Shown piece by piece: positions 29,943 through 40,496 of a stretch of DNA of 64,000 nucleotides (positions are counted from its first letter, which is position 1; each line of letters begins with the position of its first letter). The notes beneath the pieces are model-generated. The model was not told the origin of the DNA, ran no database searches, and worked only from the letters and a program-made list of their open reading frames with translations. Location of the stretch: contig JAWBQF010000011.1 in the NCBI GenBank assembly GCA_038845975.1, positions 11,590-75,589 of the forward strand, read 5' to 3'. Position numbers and translations under genes: made by a program. The DNA is from Candidatus Methanomethylicia archaeon (GTDB lineage Archaea > Thermoproteota > Methanomethylicia > CALHIW01).

Positions 29943-31194
29943 AGTATATCCCTCACAAGTACATGGATCAATTAAGGCTCCAGCATCTAAAAGTTACACT
30001 CATAGAGTTCTATTTTGCTCTGCTTTAGCTAATGGTAGAAGTATAGTTAGGAATCCCTTATTATGTAGTGATGTTTATGCAACTATAAACGCCCTAAGAA
30101 GTGTTGGTGTTGAAGTTTATGTTAATAATGAAAGTATAATAGTTGATGGTGGTGAATTAACTCAGCCACAAAATCCTATAAATTGTATAGAGTCCGGTAC
30201 AACTATGAGGTTTACTGTTGGACTCTGCTCATTAATTAACGGTAAATCTATAGTTACAGGTTCAAAGTCTCTTCTAAGAAGGCCTATCAAGCCTCTTGTT
30301 GATGCATTAAATGTTTTAGGTGCTAAATGTACATGTATTAATGGACTTCCACCTATAACTGTTGAAGGAGTGTTAAAAGGAGGTAGCGTATTGGTTGATA
30401 GTAGTTTAAGCTCTCAGTTTATATCGTCAATAATGATTGCTGCCCCTAAAAGTAGTATTGGTGTTGAAATCAGATCTATAGTAGAGCCTGTCTCAAAACC
30501 ATATATTCTCATAACATTAGATGTAATGAATTCATTTAATGTTTCAGTAAAGTATAGTAATGATTTTAAGTTTATAAGTGTGGAAAGACAAAACTATACT
30601 CCTAAAGACTTTACTGTTGAAGGAGATTGGTCCTCAGCAGCAATTCTACTTGTACTTGGTGTAGTTGGAGGAATGGTTACAGTTCAAGGTCTAAACATGA
30701 ATAGTTTTCAGGGAGATAAAAGTATTGTAGACCTCTTAAAGCTAATTAATATTCCAATTGAAATCGGCAACAATTATGTTTCAGTTACAAAACACTTAAT
30801 TAAGCCATTTGAATTTAATATTTCAGATACACCTGACCTATTTCCAATTCTATGTGTACTTTCAGCCTGCTCTATTGGTACATGTAGACTTTATGGAGTT
30901 AATAGGTTAAGATTTAAGGAATCCGATAGGGTTGTTGCAATGGCTGATGGATTAATGAAAATGGGTGTAAATGTAGCTTTAAGTAGCGACTATATAGCTA
31001 TAAAGGGTGGGAGGGTTATGGGAGGTGTTACTATTGACTCCTACAATGATCATAGAATCGCTATGGCTTTTACTGTTCTCGCTACAATAGCTGATAACCC
31101 TATAATAATTAAAAATGCTGAATGTGTATCTAAGTCTTATCCAAGCTTTTGGGATGATGTTCGTAGACTAGGTGTTAAATTTGAGGTGGTTTAA
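29932..31194 (+). CDS. aroA: EPSP synthase
   Basis: SKSYTHR, ESGTTMRF, SSQFISS, LRFKESDR, DHRIAMA, KSYPSFW. Confidence 0.95.
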   Translation: MNIKVYPSQVHGSIKAPASKSYTHRVLFCSALANGRSIVRNPLLCSDVYATINALRSVGVEVYVNNESIIVDGGELTQPQNPINCIESGTTMRFTVGLCSLINGKSIVTGSKSLLRRPIKPLVDALNVLGAKCTCINGLPPITVEGVLKGGSVLVDSSLSSQFISSIMIAAPKSSIGVEIRSIVEPVSKPYILITLDVMNSFNVSVKYSNDFKFISVERQNYTPKDFTVEGDWSSAAILLVLGVVGGMVTVQGLNMNSFQGDKSIVDLLKLINIPIEIGNNYVSVTKHLIKPFEFNISDTPDLFPILCVLSACSIGTCRLYGVNRLRFKESDRVVAMADGLMKMGVNVALSSDYIAIKGGRVMGGVTIDSYNDHRIAMAFTVLATIADNPIIIKNAECVSKSYPSFWDDVRRLGVKFEVV

Positions 31195-32279
31195 TGTCTC
31201 TCGGAAAAAACTTTACAGTGACATTTTTTGGTGAAAGCCATGGTGAGTGTATAGGTGTAGTTATTTATGGATGTCCAGCAGGCTTAAAGTTTGATGAGGA
31301 ATTTATAAATCAGGAACTTAAAAGAAGATCACCCATAGACTACATGATATCTACTAGTAGGGTTGAAGAAGATAGTGTTAAAGTTTTTTCAGGGGTTTTC
31401 AACGGTTATACAACTGGTGCACCAATATGTATGGCTATATATAATCGCAATGTAGATTCCTCAGTTTATGAGGAGTTAAGATTTAAACCACGTCCAGGCC
31501 ATGCAGACTATCCAGCATACATTAAGTATGCTGGATTTAATGATTTTCGTGGTGGAGGAATTTTCTCAGGTAGGCTAACGGCTGCATATGTTCTTGCAGG
31601 AGCAGTAGCTAAGATGATGTTGAAAATCTTAAACATTGAGGTTATAGCTCATACAGTTGAAATAGCTGGTATTAAGGCTAAACCCCAAGGTATTGAGGAA
31701 ATAAGAAGAAACATACATAGTAATGTTGTTAGATGCGCTGATTTGGATGCTGCATGTTTAATGATTGAAAGAATAAAGAAAGCTATGGAAAACGGTGATA
31801 GTGTTGGTGGAGTTATTGAGTGTATAGCTTTAAATATACCTATCGGACTTGGAGAACCTCCAATCGATACTCTTGATGGTGATATTGCAAAAGCACTTTT
31901 TGCTATACCTGCAGTTAAGGGTGTAGAGTTTGGATTGGGGTTTGACTTTGCAAGAATGTATGGTAGTGAATGTAACGATCAATTCACAGTTTCAAACGGT
32001 AAAATTATAATGAAAACAAATAATTGTGGTGGGATTCTAGGTGGAATAAGTTGTGGCACGCCGATAGTATGTAGAGCTGTAATTAAGCCAACACCATCAA
32101 TACATAAACCGCAGAAAACGGTAGATTTAAGAAGCATGAAGGAAACAATCATAGAAGTTAAGGGTAGACATGATGTATGCATAGTTCCACGAGCTATACC
32201 TGTAGTTGAAGGTATGGTTTCAATAGTTCTTGCCGATCATGCTATTAGATTAGGATTGGTGAAAACCGTATTGAGGTGA
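31194..32279 (+). CDS. aroC: Chorismate synthase
   Basis: FGESHG, RPGHAD, RGGG.FSGRLT, GGILGGIS, GRHD. Confidence 0.95.
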   Translation: MSLGKNFTVTFFGESHGECIGVVIYGCPAGLKFDEEFINQELKRRSPIDYMISTSRVEEDSVKVFSGVFNGYTTGAPICMAIYNRNVDSSVYEELRFKPRPGHADYPAYIKYAGFNDFRGGGIFSGRLTAAYVLAGAVAKMMLKILNIEVIAHTVEIAGIKAKPQGIEEIRRNIHSNVVRCADLDAACLMIERIKKAMENGDSVGGVIECIALNIPIGLGEPPIDTLDGDIAKALFAIPAVKGVEFGLGFDFARMYGSECNDQFTVSNGKIIMKTNNCGGILGGISCGTPIVCRAVIKPTPSIHKPQKTVDLRSMKETIIEVKGRHDVCIVPRAIPVVEGMVSIVLADHAIRLGLVKTVLR

Positions 32280-32285
32280 CAGTAT

Positions 32286-32561
32286 ATGAATTTAACCAAT
32301 AAGCTATCCTATGAGAGGGCTTTAATAGATAGTATTGATGAGCAAATAGTTAAGCTTCTTGCTAGTAGAGTTCAAGCAGCTAAGAGAATCGCTGAAATTA
32401 AGGCTAAGTATGGATTAGGAATTTACAATGGTAAGAGGGAAACCGAAGTCCTATTGAGAGTTAGAGAGCTATCTATGACTTATAATTTAAACCCTGATAA
32501 AATTGAAGCTATTTTTAAAGCTATAATTAGCTATTGTAGGGAAGTTCAGGAGGATATTTAA
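32286..32561 (+). CDS. Chorismate mutase (AroQ type)
   Basis: RALIDSIDEQIVKLLASR..AKRIAEIK...RETEVL. Confidence 0.88.
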   Translation: MNLTNKLSYERALIDSIDEQIVKLLASRVQAAKRIAEIKAKYGLGIYNGKRETEVLLRVRELSMTYNLNPDKIEAIFKAIISYCREVQEDI

Positions 32562-33646
32562 TGCTATATGAAATCTTTGAAAGAGTCTTAGCTCTTGAAG
32601 CTTCAGGTAGGAAAATTATTAAGATGAATGTGGGGGAGCCTCCTGAAGACATTCATCCTGAAATCCTAGAATGTATGGTTAAAGCTATTAGGGACGGTAA
32701 GGTAAAGTATACCTCTTCGAAAGGTATGGTTAAATTAAGAAGAGAATTAGCTGCTATTCATGGCGTTGATGAAGATAATATTGTAATAACTCCTGGGTCT
32801 AAATGGGGCATATATGCCTCAATACGTGTAATACTTAGAAATAATGATGGTAATGTAATGGTTTTTGCTCCGTTTTGGCCTGCTTACAGTTTAATGGTTA
32901 CTGATATAGGTAAATACTTGAAAGTTGTAGATTTAAAGTTTTCAGGTAATAATTGGATACTAGACTTCAATAGGTTAACTGAAAATATAGGTAATGTTAA
33001 GCTTCTAATTCTAAATAGTCCAAATAATCCAACAAGTACTATGATTAAATATGATGAGTTAAAGAAACTTGTTAAGCTTCTAGATGAATTTAATATTACT
33101 GCAATATCTGATGAAGCATATATTGATTTAAGCTTTATAGAAGCTAAAAGTCTAATAGATTTAACTAGTGAATGTATTGTCGTAAGAAGTTTTTCAAAGC
33201 TTTTCTCTATGACTGGACTAAGAATAGGCTATGTAATAGCTAGTAAAGAAGTTGCTAGTGCTATTGCTAACTATAATAGTGCAACCATAACATGTGTTCC
33301 TGAATTCATTCAGGAAGCTGCTTTGAAAGCTCTTGAGTTAAGAAATGAAATAGCTAAGTACATGGTTGATAAGTACCGTGTAAGAGCTGAAATTGCCTAT
33401 AAAATTCTTACTGAAGCTGGATTTAAAGTAGCTAAGCCTGAAGCTGGATTCTATATATTCCCTAAAATAAACATAGACTCTAATGCTTTCTTCTTAAAAC
33501 TCTTAGAGAGTGAGGGTATTGCTGTTACTCCAGGATCAGCTTTCGGTAATTTCAACGATTTTATTAGGATATCGCTAACTGTTGACAATCAATTTCTTAC
33601 TAATAGTTTAAATAGGTTAGTGAGGTGCTATGAATATTTTAAATAG
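32561..33646 (+). CDS. Class I/II PLP aminotransferase (aromatic amino acid)
   Basis: NSPNNPT, SDEAY, SFSKLFSMTGLRIG. Operon context supports the call. Confidence 0.9.
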   Translation: MLYEIFERVLALEASGRKIIKMNVGEPPEDIHPEILECMVKAIRDGKVKYTSSKGMVKLRRELAAIHGVDEDNIVITPGSKWGIYASIRVILRNNDGNVMVFAPFWPAYSLMVTDIGKYLKVVDLKFSGNNWILDFNRLTENIGNVKLLILNSPNNPTSTMIKYDELKKLVKLLDEFNITAISDEAYIDLSFIEAKSLIDLTSECIVVRSFSKLFSMTGLRIGYVIASKEVASAIANYNSATITCVPEFIQEAALKALELRNEIAKYMVDKYRVRAEIAYKILTEAGFKVAKPEAGFYIFPKINIDSNAFFLKLLESEGIAVTPGSAFGNFNDFIRISLTVDNQFLTNSLNRLVRCYEYFK

Positions 33647-34514
33647 AAACATTTTGATAATAGGTGGAGCAGGTAAAATGGGTTTATGGTTTTCAAGGTT
33701 CTTCCTTAATTGTGGCTTTAATGTATCAATATACGATATAGATGTTAAAGCAGCTAGAAACGCTCAGAGAAAACTTAACTTGAGGATTTATGAAAATATT
33801 GGGAAAGCTATTGAGGATAACAATTTAATTGTTATTTCAGTTCCTATGGAAGCTCTTAAAGATGTCTTTACATCTATTTCACATCACATTCACAATAACC
33901 ATATAATCATAGATATATCATCAGTTAAAGTCTATTCAGTTAAGTTAATGCATGAATATGTTAAGCAGGGCTTTAAGATAGGTGTTCATCCAATGTTTGG
34001 TCCTGGTGCAAGAACAATTAGCGGTAAGACAATAATATTTACTCCCATAAACATAGATGATTTTGAACCATCATGGAGTATAGCAAAAATTTTTGTAGAT
34101 AAAGGTGCTAAGGCTGTTTTTATGACTCCTGAAGAACATGATAAGTACATATCAGTAATACTAACATTTCCATTTGTTATTAGTATATCAGTAATGGATG
34201 TAATTAATAATCTTAACTTTGATGATGTAGTAATAAATGAAATATCAAGTCCATCATTTAAGCTCCTACATACATTGTGTAAGGCAATTATAGGTAATGA
34301 TCCTAAACTATACACATCAATAATAAAATATTCATCAAAAGATGCAATTAAATACTTCTCTAAAATTCTAAACGATATCGCGAACATGGATGAATTAAGT
34401 CTTAAAGACTATGCTGTTAAGCTAAAAAGTAGATTGAATTTTACAGATCTTCTAGAAGCATATAACCTCATGTATGATTTCTCTGAATTAAAGCAACAAT
34501 CATATAGACACTAG
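33630..34514 (+). CDS. tyrA: Prephenate/arogenate dehydrogenase
   Basis: IIGGAGKMG, DISSVK, HPMFGP, EEHD. Confidence 0.9.
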   Translation: MNILNRNILIIGGAGKMGLWFSRFFLNCGFNVSIYDIDVKAARNAQRKLNLRIYENIGKAIEDNNLIVISVPMEALKDVFTSISHHIHNNHIIIDISSVKVYSVKLMHEYVKQGFKIGVHPMFGPGARTISGKTIIFTPINIDDFEPSWSIAKIFVDKGAKAVFMTPEEHDKYISVILTFPFVISISVMDVINNLNFDDVVINEISSPSFKLLHTLCKAIIGNDPKLYTSIIKYSSKDAIKYFSKILNDIANMDELSLKDYAVKLKSRLNFTDLLEAYNLMYDFSELKQQSYRH

Positions 34515-34559
34515 TTAATAGTAAATAGCTTAGGAGAAATCAACTAAACATTAGTAAAG

Positions 34560-34818
34560 CAACTAAGTCAACACTAGAAATTAACATATAAGATAAATGG
34601 TTCTTCACATGAGGATGAAATCTCTTCTATCTCTTATATACAGTACATATTCTCAACTTAAAATATTAGCAATTAATAAATCTAGAAAATTATTCCTGAA
34701 TTCATTGTAAACTGGTTAGCTTAAAGTTAAACCATTTAGATATGTTATAGATGTAAGTATATTCACAACATCACATAAATAAGGGAGGATCCCAAATAAA
34801 GCTAAGGTTAACAAAGCC
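34560..34818 (-). mobile_element. IS6-like end remnant; left limit approximate
   Basis: AAGGGAGG..CCCAAATAAAGCTAAGGTTAACAAAGCC matches the terminus of the 58877-59559 element. Confidence 0.55.
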
Positions 34819-34855
34819 TTAATTAACTCAGTAAAGCTTAAATAAATCCCCTTTA

Positions 34856-35272
34856 ATGTGGCTTATGGTTCATATTAATAATTATGAGGTTATTGATGGA
34901 CTATACTATTCTGAAAATCATGTATGGGTTAAGATTGAAAATAACACTGTTGTAATTGGTATTACAGATTATGGGCAAAAGAATTTGAAGGAAATAGTTA
35001 ATGTAAAACTTCCTGATTTAGGTGTGTCTATTAATCAGGGTGATGTTTTGGGAAGTTTAGAAACTGCTAAGGCAGTTATTGATGTAATAGCTCCTTTAAG
35101 TGGAATAGTTAGGGAAGTCAATGAAAACGTTATAAGCAATCCATCTATAATTAATGAGGATCCATATGGGAAGGGATGGCTTATTAGAATTGTACCATCA
35201 AATCTACATGAAGAATTATTAAAACTAATGGATTTCAGTAAAGCTATTAAGTGGTACAAAACATTAACGTAG
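34856..35272 (+). CDS. gcvH: Glycine cleavage H / lipoyl carrier protein
   Basis: YYSENHVWV, GITDYGQ, LETAKAV (lipoyl Lys), INEDPYGKGW. Confidence 0.9.
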   Translation: MWLMVHINNYEVIDGLYYSENHVWVKIENNTVVIGITDYGQKNLKEIVNVKLPDLGVSINQGDVLGSLETAKAVIDVIAPLSGIVREVNENVISNPSIINEDPYGKGWLIRIVPSNLHEELLKLMDFSKAIKWYKTLT

Positions 35273-35279
35273 AGTCATC

Positions 35280-36629
35280 ATGTCTAAAAGTATAATTATC
35301 ATTGGTTGTGGAGCTGCTGGTCTTAGTGCTGCTTTAAGCGCTAGGAAAACTGATAGGAATGTTAATATAACAATAATAGATCAAGAAGAATATCCTGCTT
35401 ACTCAAGATGTGCTTTACCATTTGTTATTGGAGGTGAAATTAATGATTTTAATAGTTTGCTAACGTTTTCTCCATCAATGTATAAAATGATGAAAATAGA
35501 TTTGAGATTGAGAAGTAAAGTTATAGATGTAGATCCTAAGTCTAGAACCATTGTATATATTAATTACCAAGGCAGAGAGGAAACTTTACAGTATGATTCA
35601 TTAATACTTGCTACAGGTGCTTCGCCTATGATCCCATCAATAAGTGGTGTTAATAAGCGTGGCGTATATGTTTTGAGAACTATAAATGATTGTAAGGCTA
35701 TTGTTGAAGCATTACCTAATTCAAGAAATGCTATTGTTATTGGTGCTGGATTGATAGGGCTTGAAACTGCTGATGCTCTATATAGGAGGGGATTAAATGT
35801 AACTATTATCGAAATTCTTCCATCAATAATAAGAACTAATCTAGATGAAGACATGGCTGAAATTGTTAAGTCAAATATTGAGGGAAAGGGTGTAAGGATA
35901 CTTGTTAATAGGCATGTTGACGAAATTACTGGAAGTAATCGTGTTGATGGTGTTATATCCAATGGTGAAAGACTTAAGGCTGACATAGTAGTTTTAGCAA
36001 CAGGTATAAAAGCTAATATTGAGCTTGCTAATCGAATCGGTATTCAAATAGGTATTACTGGTGCTATTAAGGTTAATTCTAGAATGGAGACAACAGTAAA
36101 GGATATTTACGCTGTTGGAGATTGTGTTGAATCAAACCATATGGTTACTGGTCAAGCTATTCTCAGCCAGTTAGGTACGACAGCTGTAAAGCAGGGAAGA
36201 GTTGCTGGAATTAATGCTGCGGGTGGATATGCTGTTTTTCCAGGTGTTTTAAATTCAGTGGTTTCAAGAATATTTAATCTTGAAGTAGGTGTTACCGGTT
36301 TAAATATGCTTCAGGCTGAAAAGTATGGATTTAAAGTGCTTACCGGATCTATATCGTGGAAAACAAGAGCTGAATATTATCCTGAAGCTAAAAGTATTAG
36401 GGTTAAGCTTTTATTTGAAAGAGGGTCTTTGAAAATTATAGGAGGACAAATAGTTGGCGGTGAATTTGTTGCTCCACGTATAGATTCTCTTGCATTAGCT
36501 ATACAGGCTGGAATGACTGTTTTTGATATTATAAATTCAGATACATGTTATTCACCTCCACTTGCTAATACATGGAGTCCAATAACATTAGCTGCTGAAG
36601 CAGCCTTAAGCAGGATTAGAGTTACTTAG
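35280..36629 (+). CDS. NADH oxidase / CoA-disulfide reductase family flavoprotein
   Basis: GCGAAG, YSRCALP single redox Cys, GAGLIGLE, IYAVGDC, YSPP. Confidence 0.88.
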   Translation: MSKSIIIIGCGAAGLSAALSARKTDRNVNITIIDQEEYPAYSRCALPFVIGGEINDFNSLLTFSPSMYKMMKIDLRLRSKVIDVDPKSRTIVYINYQGREETLQYDSLILATGASPMIPSISGVNKRGVYVLRTINDCKAIVEALPNSRNAIVIGAGLIGLETADALYRRGLNVTIIEILPSIIRTNLDEDMAEIVKSNIEGKGVRILVNRHVDEITGSNRVDGVISNGERLKADIVVLATGIKANIELANRIGIQIGITGAIKVNSRMETTVKDIYAVGDCVESNHMVTGQAILSQLGTTAVKQGRVAGINAAGGYAVFPGVLNSVVSRIFNLEVGVTGLNMLQAEKYGFKVLTGSISWKTRAEYYPEAKSIRVKLLFERGSLKIIGGQIVGGEFVAPRIDSLALAIQAGMTVFDIINSDTCYSPPLANTWSPITLAAEAALSRIRVT

Positions 36630-36636
36630 TTTTGAA

Positions 36637-36691
36637 TTGTGAACTTAAGCCATCAGCTACATGTACTTCTCATATATAAAGTTAACAGAGC
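36637..36691 (+). repeat. ~55-bp dispersed repeat ending in an IS6-like TIR
   Basis: Near-identical to 61405-61456 and to the reverse complement of 17121-17171. Confidence 0.8.
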
Positions 36692-36746
36692 TCTTAGTTT
36701 GCAAGTAAACTTTATATACTTCTCTATTCATGAGGATTCGATAATC

Positions 36747-38687
36747 ATGATTGCTCAACGTGAACACTTCATAATGGTTCCTGAATGGGCTATTTTAGTT
36801 CTCTATATTTCAATAATACTTTCACTAATATTTACCATGTACGGTATTTACCATAAGTTTTCTATATATGGAATTCGTAATTTCAACTTTCTATCTACAT
36901 TACGTAGAAAAACAGGTTTTATATTACAGTCAGAGCTTCGTCTTCTAAGGGAAAGATATGGAGGATTAATGCATACATTAATTGTAGCAGGTTTAGTAGT
37001 ACTTGCTATTGGAACGTTTCTAGTATTTTTCGAGTACGACATACTAATGAAGATAAATCCTAACTATCGCATACTTACTGGAAGTATATATTTAGCCTAT
37101 GAGTTTATATTGGATTTAGCTGGACTTCTATTAATTATAGGCTTAGTTATGGCGATAACTAGAAGAACTATTTTCAAGCCAAGTAGGCTTGAAAATAGAG
37201 TTGAAGATATAGTAGTACTTCTCCTACTACTTTATGGTGGTTTAAGCGGGTTTATATTGGAAGGCTTAAGAATAGCTGCTAAAGGTTTACAGTATAATCA
37301 GCTATCATTTATAGGTTATATTTTATCCATAGCATTCCTAAATATAAATGGTATTGCAGAGATGTATTTAGCTATTTGGATTAGTCATGCTATAACATTA
37401 GCAGTAACCTTACCGTTATTCATCTACAGTAAATTAAGACATTTCCCTCTTTTCTTTATAAGTCCTCCATATAGTGTATATGAGTTTAAACCATCATTTA
37501 GCCTAAATGAGGTATTAAAAAGTAAAAAAATAGATTTTAAAGTAGGTTTAGAAAGCATTGATGCTTTAAACTGGGGTCAACGTGTAAATATAGATGCATG
37601 TGTAAACTGTGGTAGATGTCGAGATGTCTGTCCAGCTTACCGAGCAAATAAAATTTTATCACCGAAAGCAGTTATTCAAAAGCTTAGAGAGTTCATGGCT
37701 AAAAATATTTGTAATGCAATTACAGATTCAGCTTTACATGAAAATGAAATATGGGCTTGTACAACATGTGGTGAATGTGTTGTTACATGTCCAATATTTA
37801 TTAATCCATTAAACTATATTCTTGAATCACGCCGCTACTTGGTAACAAATTTAGGAAAGGTACCTACAAATGCTTTATTTAACATAATGGTAAGAGGTAA
37901 TCCATATGGCTTACCACGTTCTGATAGGAGAAATTGGATGAAAGATTTAAATGTTAGTTATGCTAAGGAAGGTGAGGAAGTTGAAGTTATACTGTGGGTT
38001 GGATGTGCTGGAGCCTACGATTCTAGAGCTCAAAAAATAGCAAAGTCTCTAGTATCCTTACTAAATAAGCTAAATATAAAGTTTGCAGTATTAAGGGAGG
38101 AAGAGTGTTGTGGTGAACTTGCCCGAAGACTTGGAGATGAAATATTGTTTCAGGAAATTGTAGGGAGAAATATTGAAATATTTAGAAAGTATAAATTTAA
38201 GCAGATAGTAACACTATGTCCACATTGCTATAATACGTTTAGAAATGATTATTCAGATTTTAATATAAAGCTCAATGTTAAATCTCATGTTGAGTTAATA
38301 TATGACCTAATAGCAAATGGTAGAATTAAAACTTTCTCCCCTCTTAATAAGACTATAGTCTATCATGATCCATGCTATCTAAGAAACTATAATGGAGTAC
38401 TTGTAGAGCCTAGGAAAATAATAAAATCCATTCCTGAATTAAAGATCGTAGAAACTAGTAAACATTTCTGCTGTGGTGGTGGAGGTGGCGGTAACTGGAT
38501 TGAATCAGAGGGGGTTAGAATTAATGTTCAAAGACTTGAAGATATTGCTATGAAAAATCCAGACGTAATAGCTACAGCATGTCCCTACTGTGTAAGTATG
38601 TTTGAGGATGCATTGAAGTTTAAAGATCTTGAAGGTAAATTTGAAGTTAAGGATTTATGTGAAATTGTATGTGGTGTATTAAGGTGA
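36747..38687 (+). CDS. Membrane Fe-S oxidoreductase (NarI-like b-type cytochrome, 2x[4Fe-4S], CCG domains; FadF/EMO-like)
   Basis: TM helices with His, CVNCGRCRDVCP, CTTCGECVVTCP, ECCG, YHDPC, CCGGGG, ACPYC. Start moved to ATG 36747 because the ORF-track extension runs through the repeat. Confidence 0.85.
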   Translation: MIAQREHFIMVPEWAILVLYISIILSLIFTMYGIYHKFSIYGIRNFNFLSTLRRKTGFILQSELRLLRERYGGLMHTLIVAGLVVLAIGTFLVFFEYDILMKINPNYRILTGSIYLAYEFILDLAGLLLIIGLVMAITRRTIFKPSRLENRVEDIVVLLLLLYGGLSGFILEGLRIAAKGLQYNQLSFIGYILSIAFLNINGIAEMYLAIWISHAITLAVTLPLFIYSKLRHFPLFFISPPYSVYEFKPSFSLNEVLKSKKIDFKVGLESIDALNWGQRVNIDACVNCGRCRDVCPAYRANKILSPKAVIQKLREFMAKNICNAITDSALHENEIWACTTCGECVVTCPIFINPLNYILESRRYLVTNLGKVPTNALFNIMVRGNPYGLPRSDRRNWMKDLNVSYAKEGEEVEVILWVGCAGAYDSRAQKIAKSLVSLLNKLNIKFAVLREEECCGELARRLGDEILFQEIVGRNIEIFRKYKFKQIVTLCPHCYNTFRNDYSDFNIKLNVKSHVELIYDLIANGRIKTFSPLNKTIVYHDPCYLRNYNGVLVEPRKIIKSIPELKIVETSKHFCCGGGGGGNWIESEGVRINVQRLEDIAMKNPDVIATACPYCVSMFEDALKFKDLEGKFEVKDLCEIVCGVLR

Positions 38688-38691
38688 TTTC

Positions 38692-39495
38692 ATGTTAAAT
38701 ATGATTGTAGGGATTAAATGGGTTCCTGATACTGCTGATGTAAAATTCGATCCTGTTAAAGGCACCCTAATAAGAGAAGGTGTTGAAAGTATAATCAATC
38801 CCCCAGATCTAAATGCTATTGAGTTAGCTTTAAGCATTAAGGAGAAATATGGTGGTAAAGTCTACGTTATCTCAATGTCTCCTCCTGCAGCTTTAAAGGG
38901 TCTTAAAATGGCTATAGCTATGGGAGCTGATAAAGCAATACTATTAACAGATAGAAGATTTGCAGGTGCAGATACGCTTGCAACATCTTATACCTTAGCC
39001 ATGGCTATACGTAAAATTGGTAGCTACGATATAATAATATTTGGAGAGGAAACAATTGATAGCGCAACTGGACATATAGGACCCGAAGTCGGAGAGATTT
39101 TAGGTATTTCTCATATATCATATATTAAAAGAATTTTAAATATAGATTTAACGAGTAAGATTATTGAGCTTGAAAGAGAGGTTGAAGATGGTGTTGAAGT
39201 ATATAGATCTAAACTTCCTATAGTAGTATCTGTTGGTGTTGGAATTAATAGCCCAAGGTATCCTATACCAATTAGGAGATTATATACAGAAGTAGAGACT
39301 GAGAAATATATTGAGATTTGGGATTTAAACAATATTGAAGCAGACCCAAATAAAATTGGACTTCAAGGCTCTCCAACTAGGGTTATTAAAATAGTTGCTG
39401 CTCCAATGGTTCAGAGGAGAATGGAGATATTTCAATATTCAAGTGAAGTATTAAACCTACTAATTAAGAGACTAAAAGAGTGTGAAATTTTGTAA
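38692..39495 (+). CDS. etfB: Electron transfer flavoprotein beta subunit
   Basis: KWVPDT, INPPDLNAIE, FAGADTLATS, GLQGSPT. Confidence 0.93.
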   Translation: MLNMIVGIKWVPDTADVKFDPVKGTLIREGVESIINPPDLNAIELALSIKEKYGGKVYVISMSPPAALKGLKMAIAMGADKAILLTDRRFAGADTLATSYTLAMAIRKIGSYDIIIFGEETIDSATGHIGPEVGEILGISHISYIKRILNIDLTSKIIELEREVEDGVEVYRSKLPIVVSVGVGINSPRYPIPIRRLYTEVETEKYIEIWDLNNIEADPNKIGLQGSPTRVIKIVAAPMVQRRMEIFQYSSEVLNLLIKRLKECEIL

Positions 39496-39504
39496 GGTGA
39501 TTCT

Positions 39505-40491
39505 ATGGTTGAGTTTAGTGGAGTGTGTGTATATATTGAACAGAGAAGAGGAATTATACAGGAAGCTTCACTACAACTTTTAGGTGAAGGTAGAAGGTTA
39601 GCTGACAAACTAAATGTTAACCTAGTAGCTTTTATGATTGGCTATAATATTAATGACATCATTAATGAACCAATATGTTATGGTGCAGATAGAGTAGTAT
39701 ACGTTGATGATGAAGTGTATAAACACTACAATGTAGAAGCTTATACTAAGGTTTTAGTTGAACTATTATTAAAATATAAGCCTGAAATATTTCTTGTAGC
39801 AGGTACAAAGTATGGTAGAGAGCTAGCTCCTAGTATTGCTGCTTGTCTTGAAACCGGTATAACAGCTGACTGTACAGGCTTTGATGTGGATGAAAGTAGA
39901 AATCTGGTACAGATAAGACCACCATTTGGTGGACGTGTACTTGCTTATATAATAACCCCAATGAAGCGCCCACAAATAGCGACAGCAAGACCTAATGTTT
40001 TCCCAACACCTAAACGTAATACCTATAGGAAAGGTGAAGTAATACGTGAAAATATAGCTATAGGGAAACCTAGACTTGAGCTTGTAGAGTTTAAGGAAAG
40101 TGGTGATGAGGAGTTACCTATTGAGAAGGCTGAAGTAATTGTTGCTATTGGTCGTGGCTTTAGTAAATCTGATTATCATCTAGTTTATGAACTATGTAAA
40201 GCATTTCCTAATAGTACTATTGGATGTTCAAGACCTCTTGTAGATCAAGGTTTAATGCCTAGATCAAAGCAAATAGGACAAACAGGTAAGACAGTTAGAC
40301 CAAAGCTATACATCGCTATAGGCATTTCAGGCGCTGTACAACATATAGCAGGTATGAAGGATTCTAGATATGTTATTGCAATAAATAAGGATCCTAATGC
40401 TGAAATATTTAAGTTCTGTGATTTCGGCGTAATTGGAGACTATAAGGAAGTAATACCTAAATTAATTGAAGCATTAAAAAGTAAACATTAG
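39505..40491 (+). CDS. etfA: Electron transfer flavoprotein alpha subunit
   Basis: TGITADC, QIGQTGKTVRPKLYIAIGISGAVQH, AINKD. Confidence 0.95.
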   Translation: MVEFSGVCVYIEQRRGIIQEASLQLLGEGRRLADKLNVNLVAFMIGYNINDIINEPICYGADRVVYVDDEVYKHYNVEAYTKVLVELLLKYKPEIFLVAGTKYGRELAPSIAACLETGITADCTGFDVDESRNLVQIRPPFGGRVLAYIITPMKRPQIATARPNVFPTPKRNTYRKGEVIRENIAIGKPRLELVEFKESGDEELPIEKAEVIVAIGRGFSKSDYHLVYELCKAFPNSTIGCSRPLVDQGLMPRSKQIGQTGKTVRPKLYIAIGISGAVQHIAGMKDSRYVIAINKDPNAEIFKFCDFGVIGDYKEVIPKLIEALKSKH

Positions 40492-40496
40492 CATTT

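Noticed and set aside
36639-36746. N-terminal extension of the 682-aa ORF
   Set aside because: It runs through the dispersed repeat. ATG 36747 is the more plausible start.
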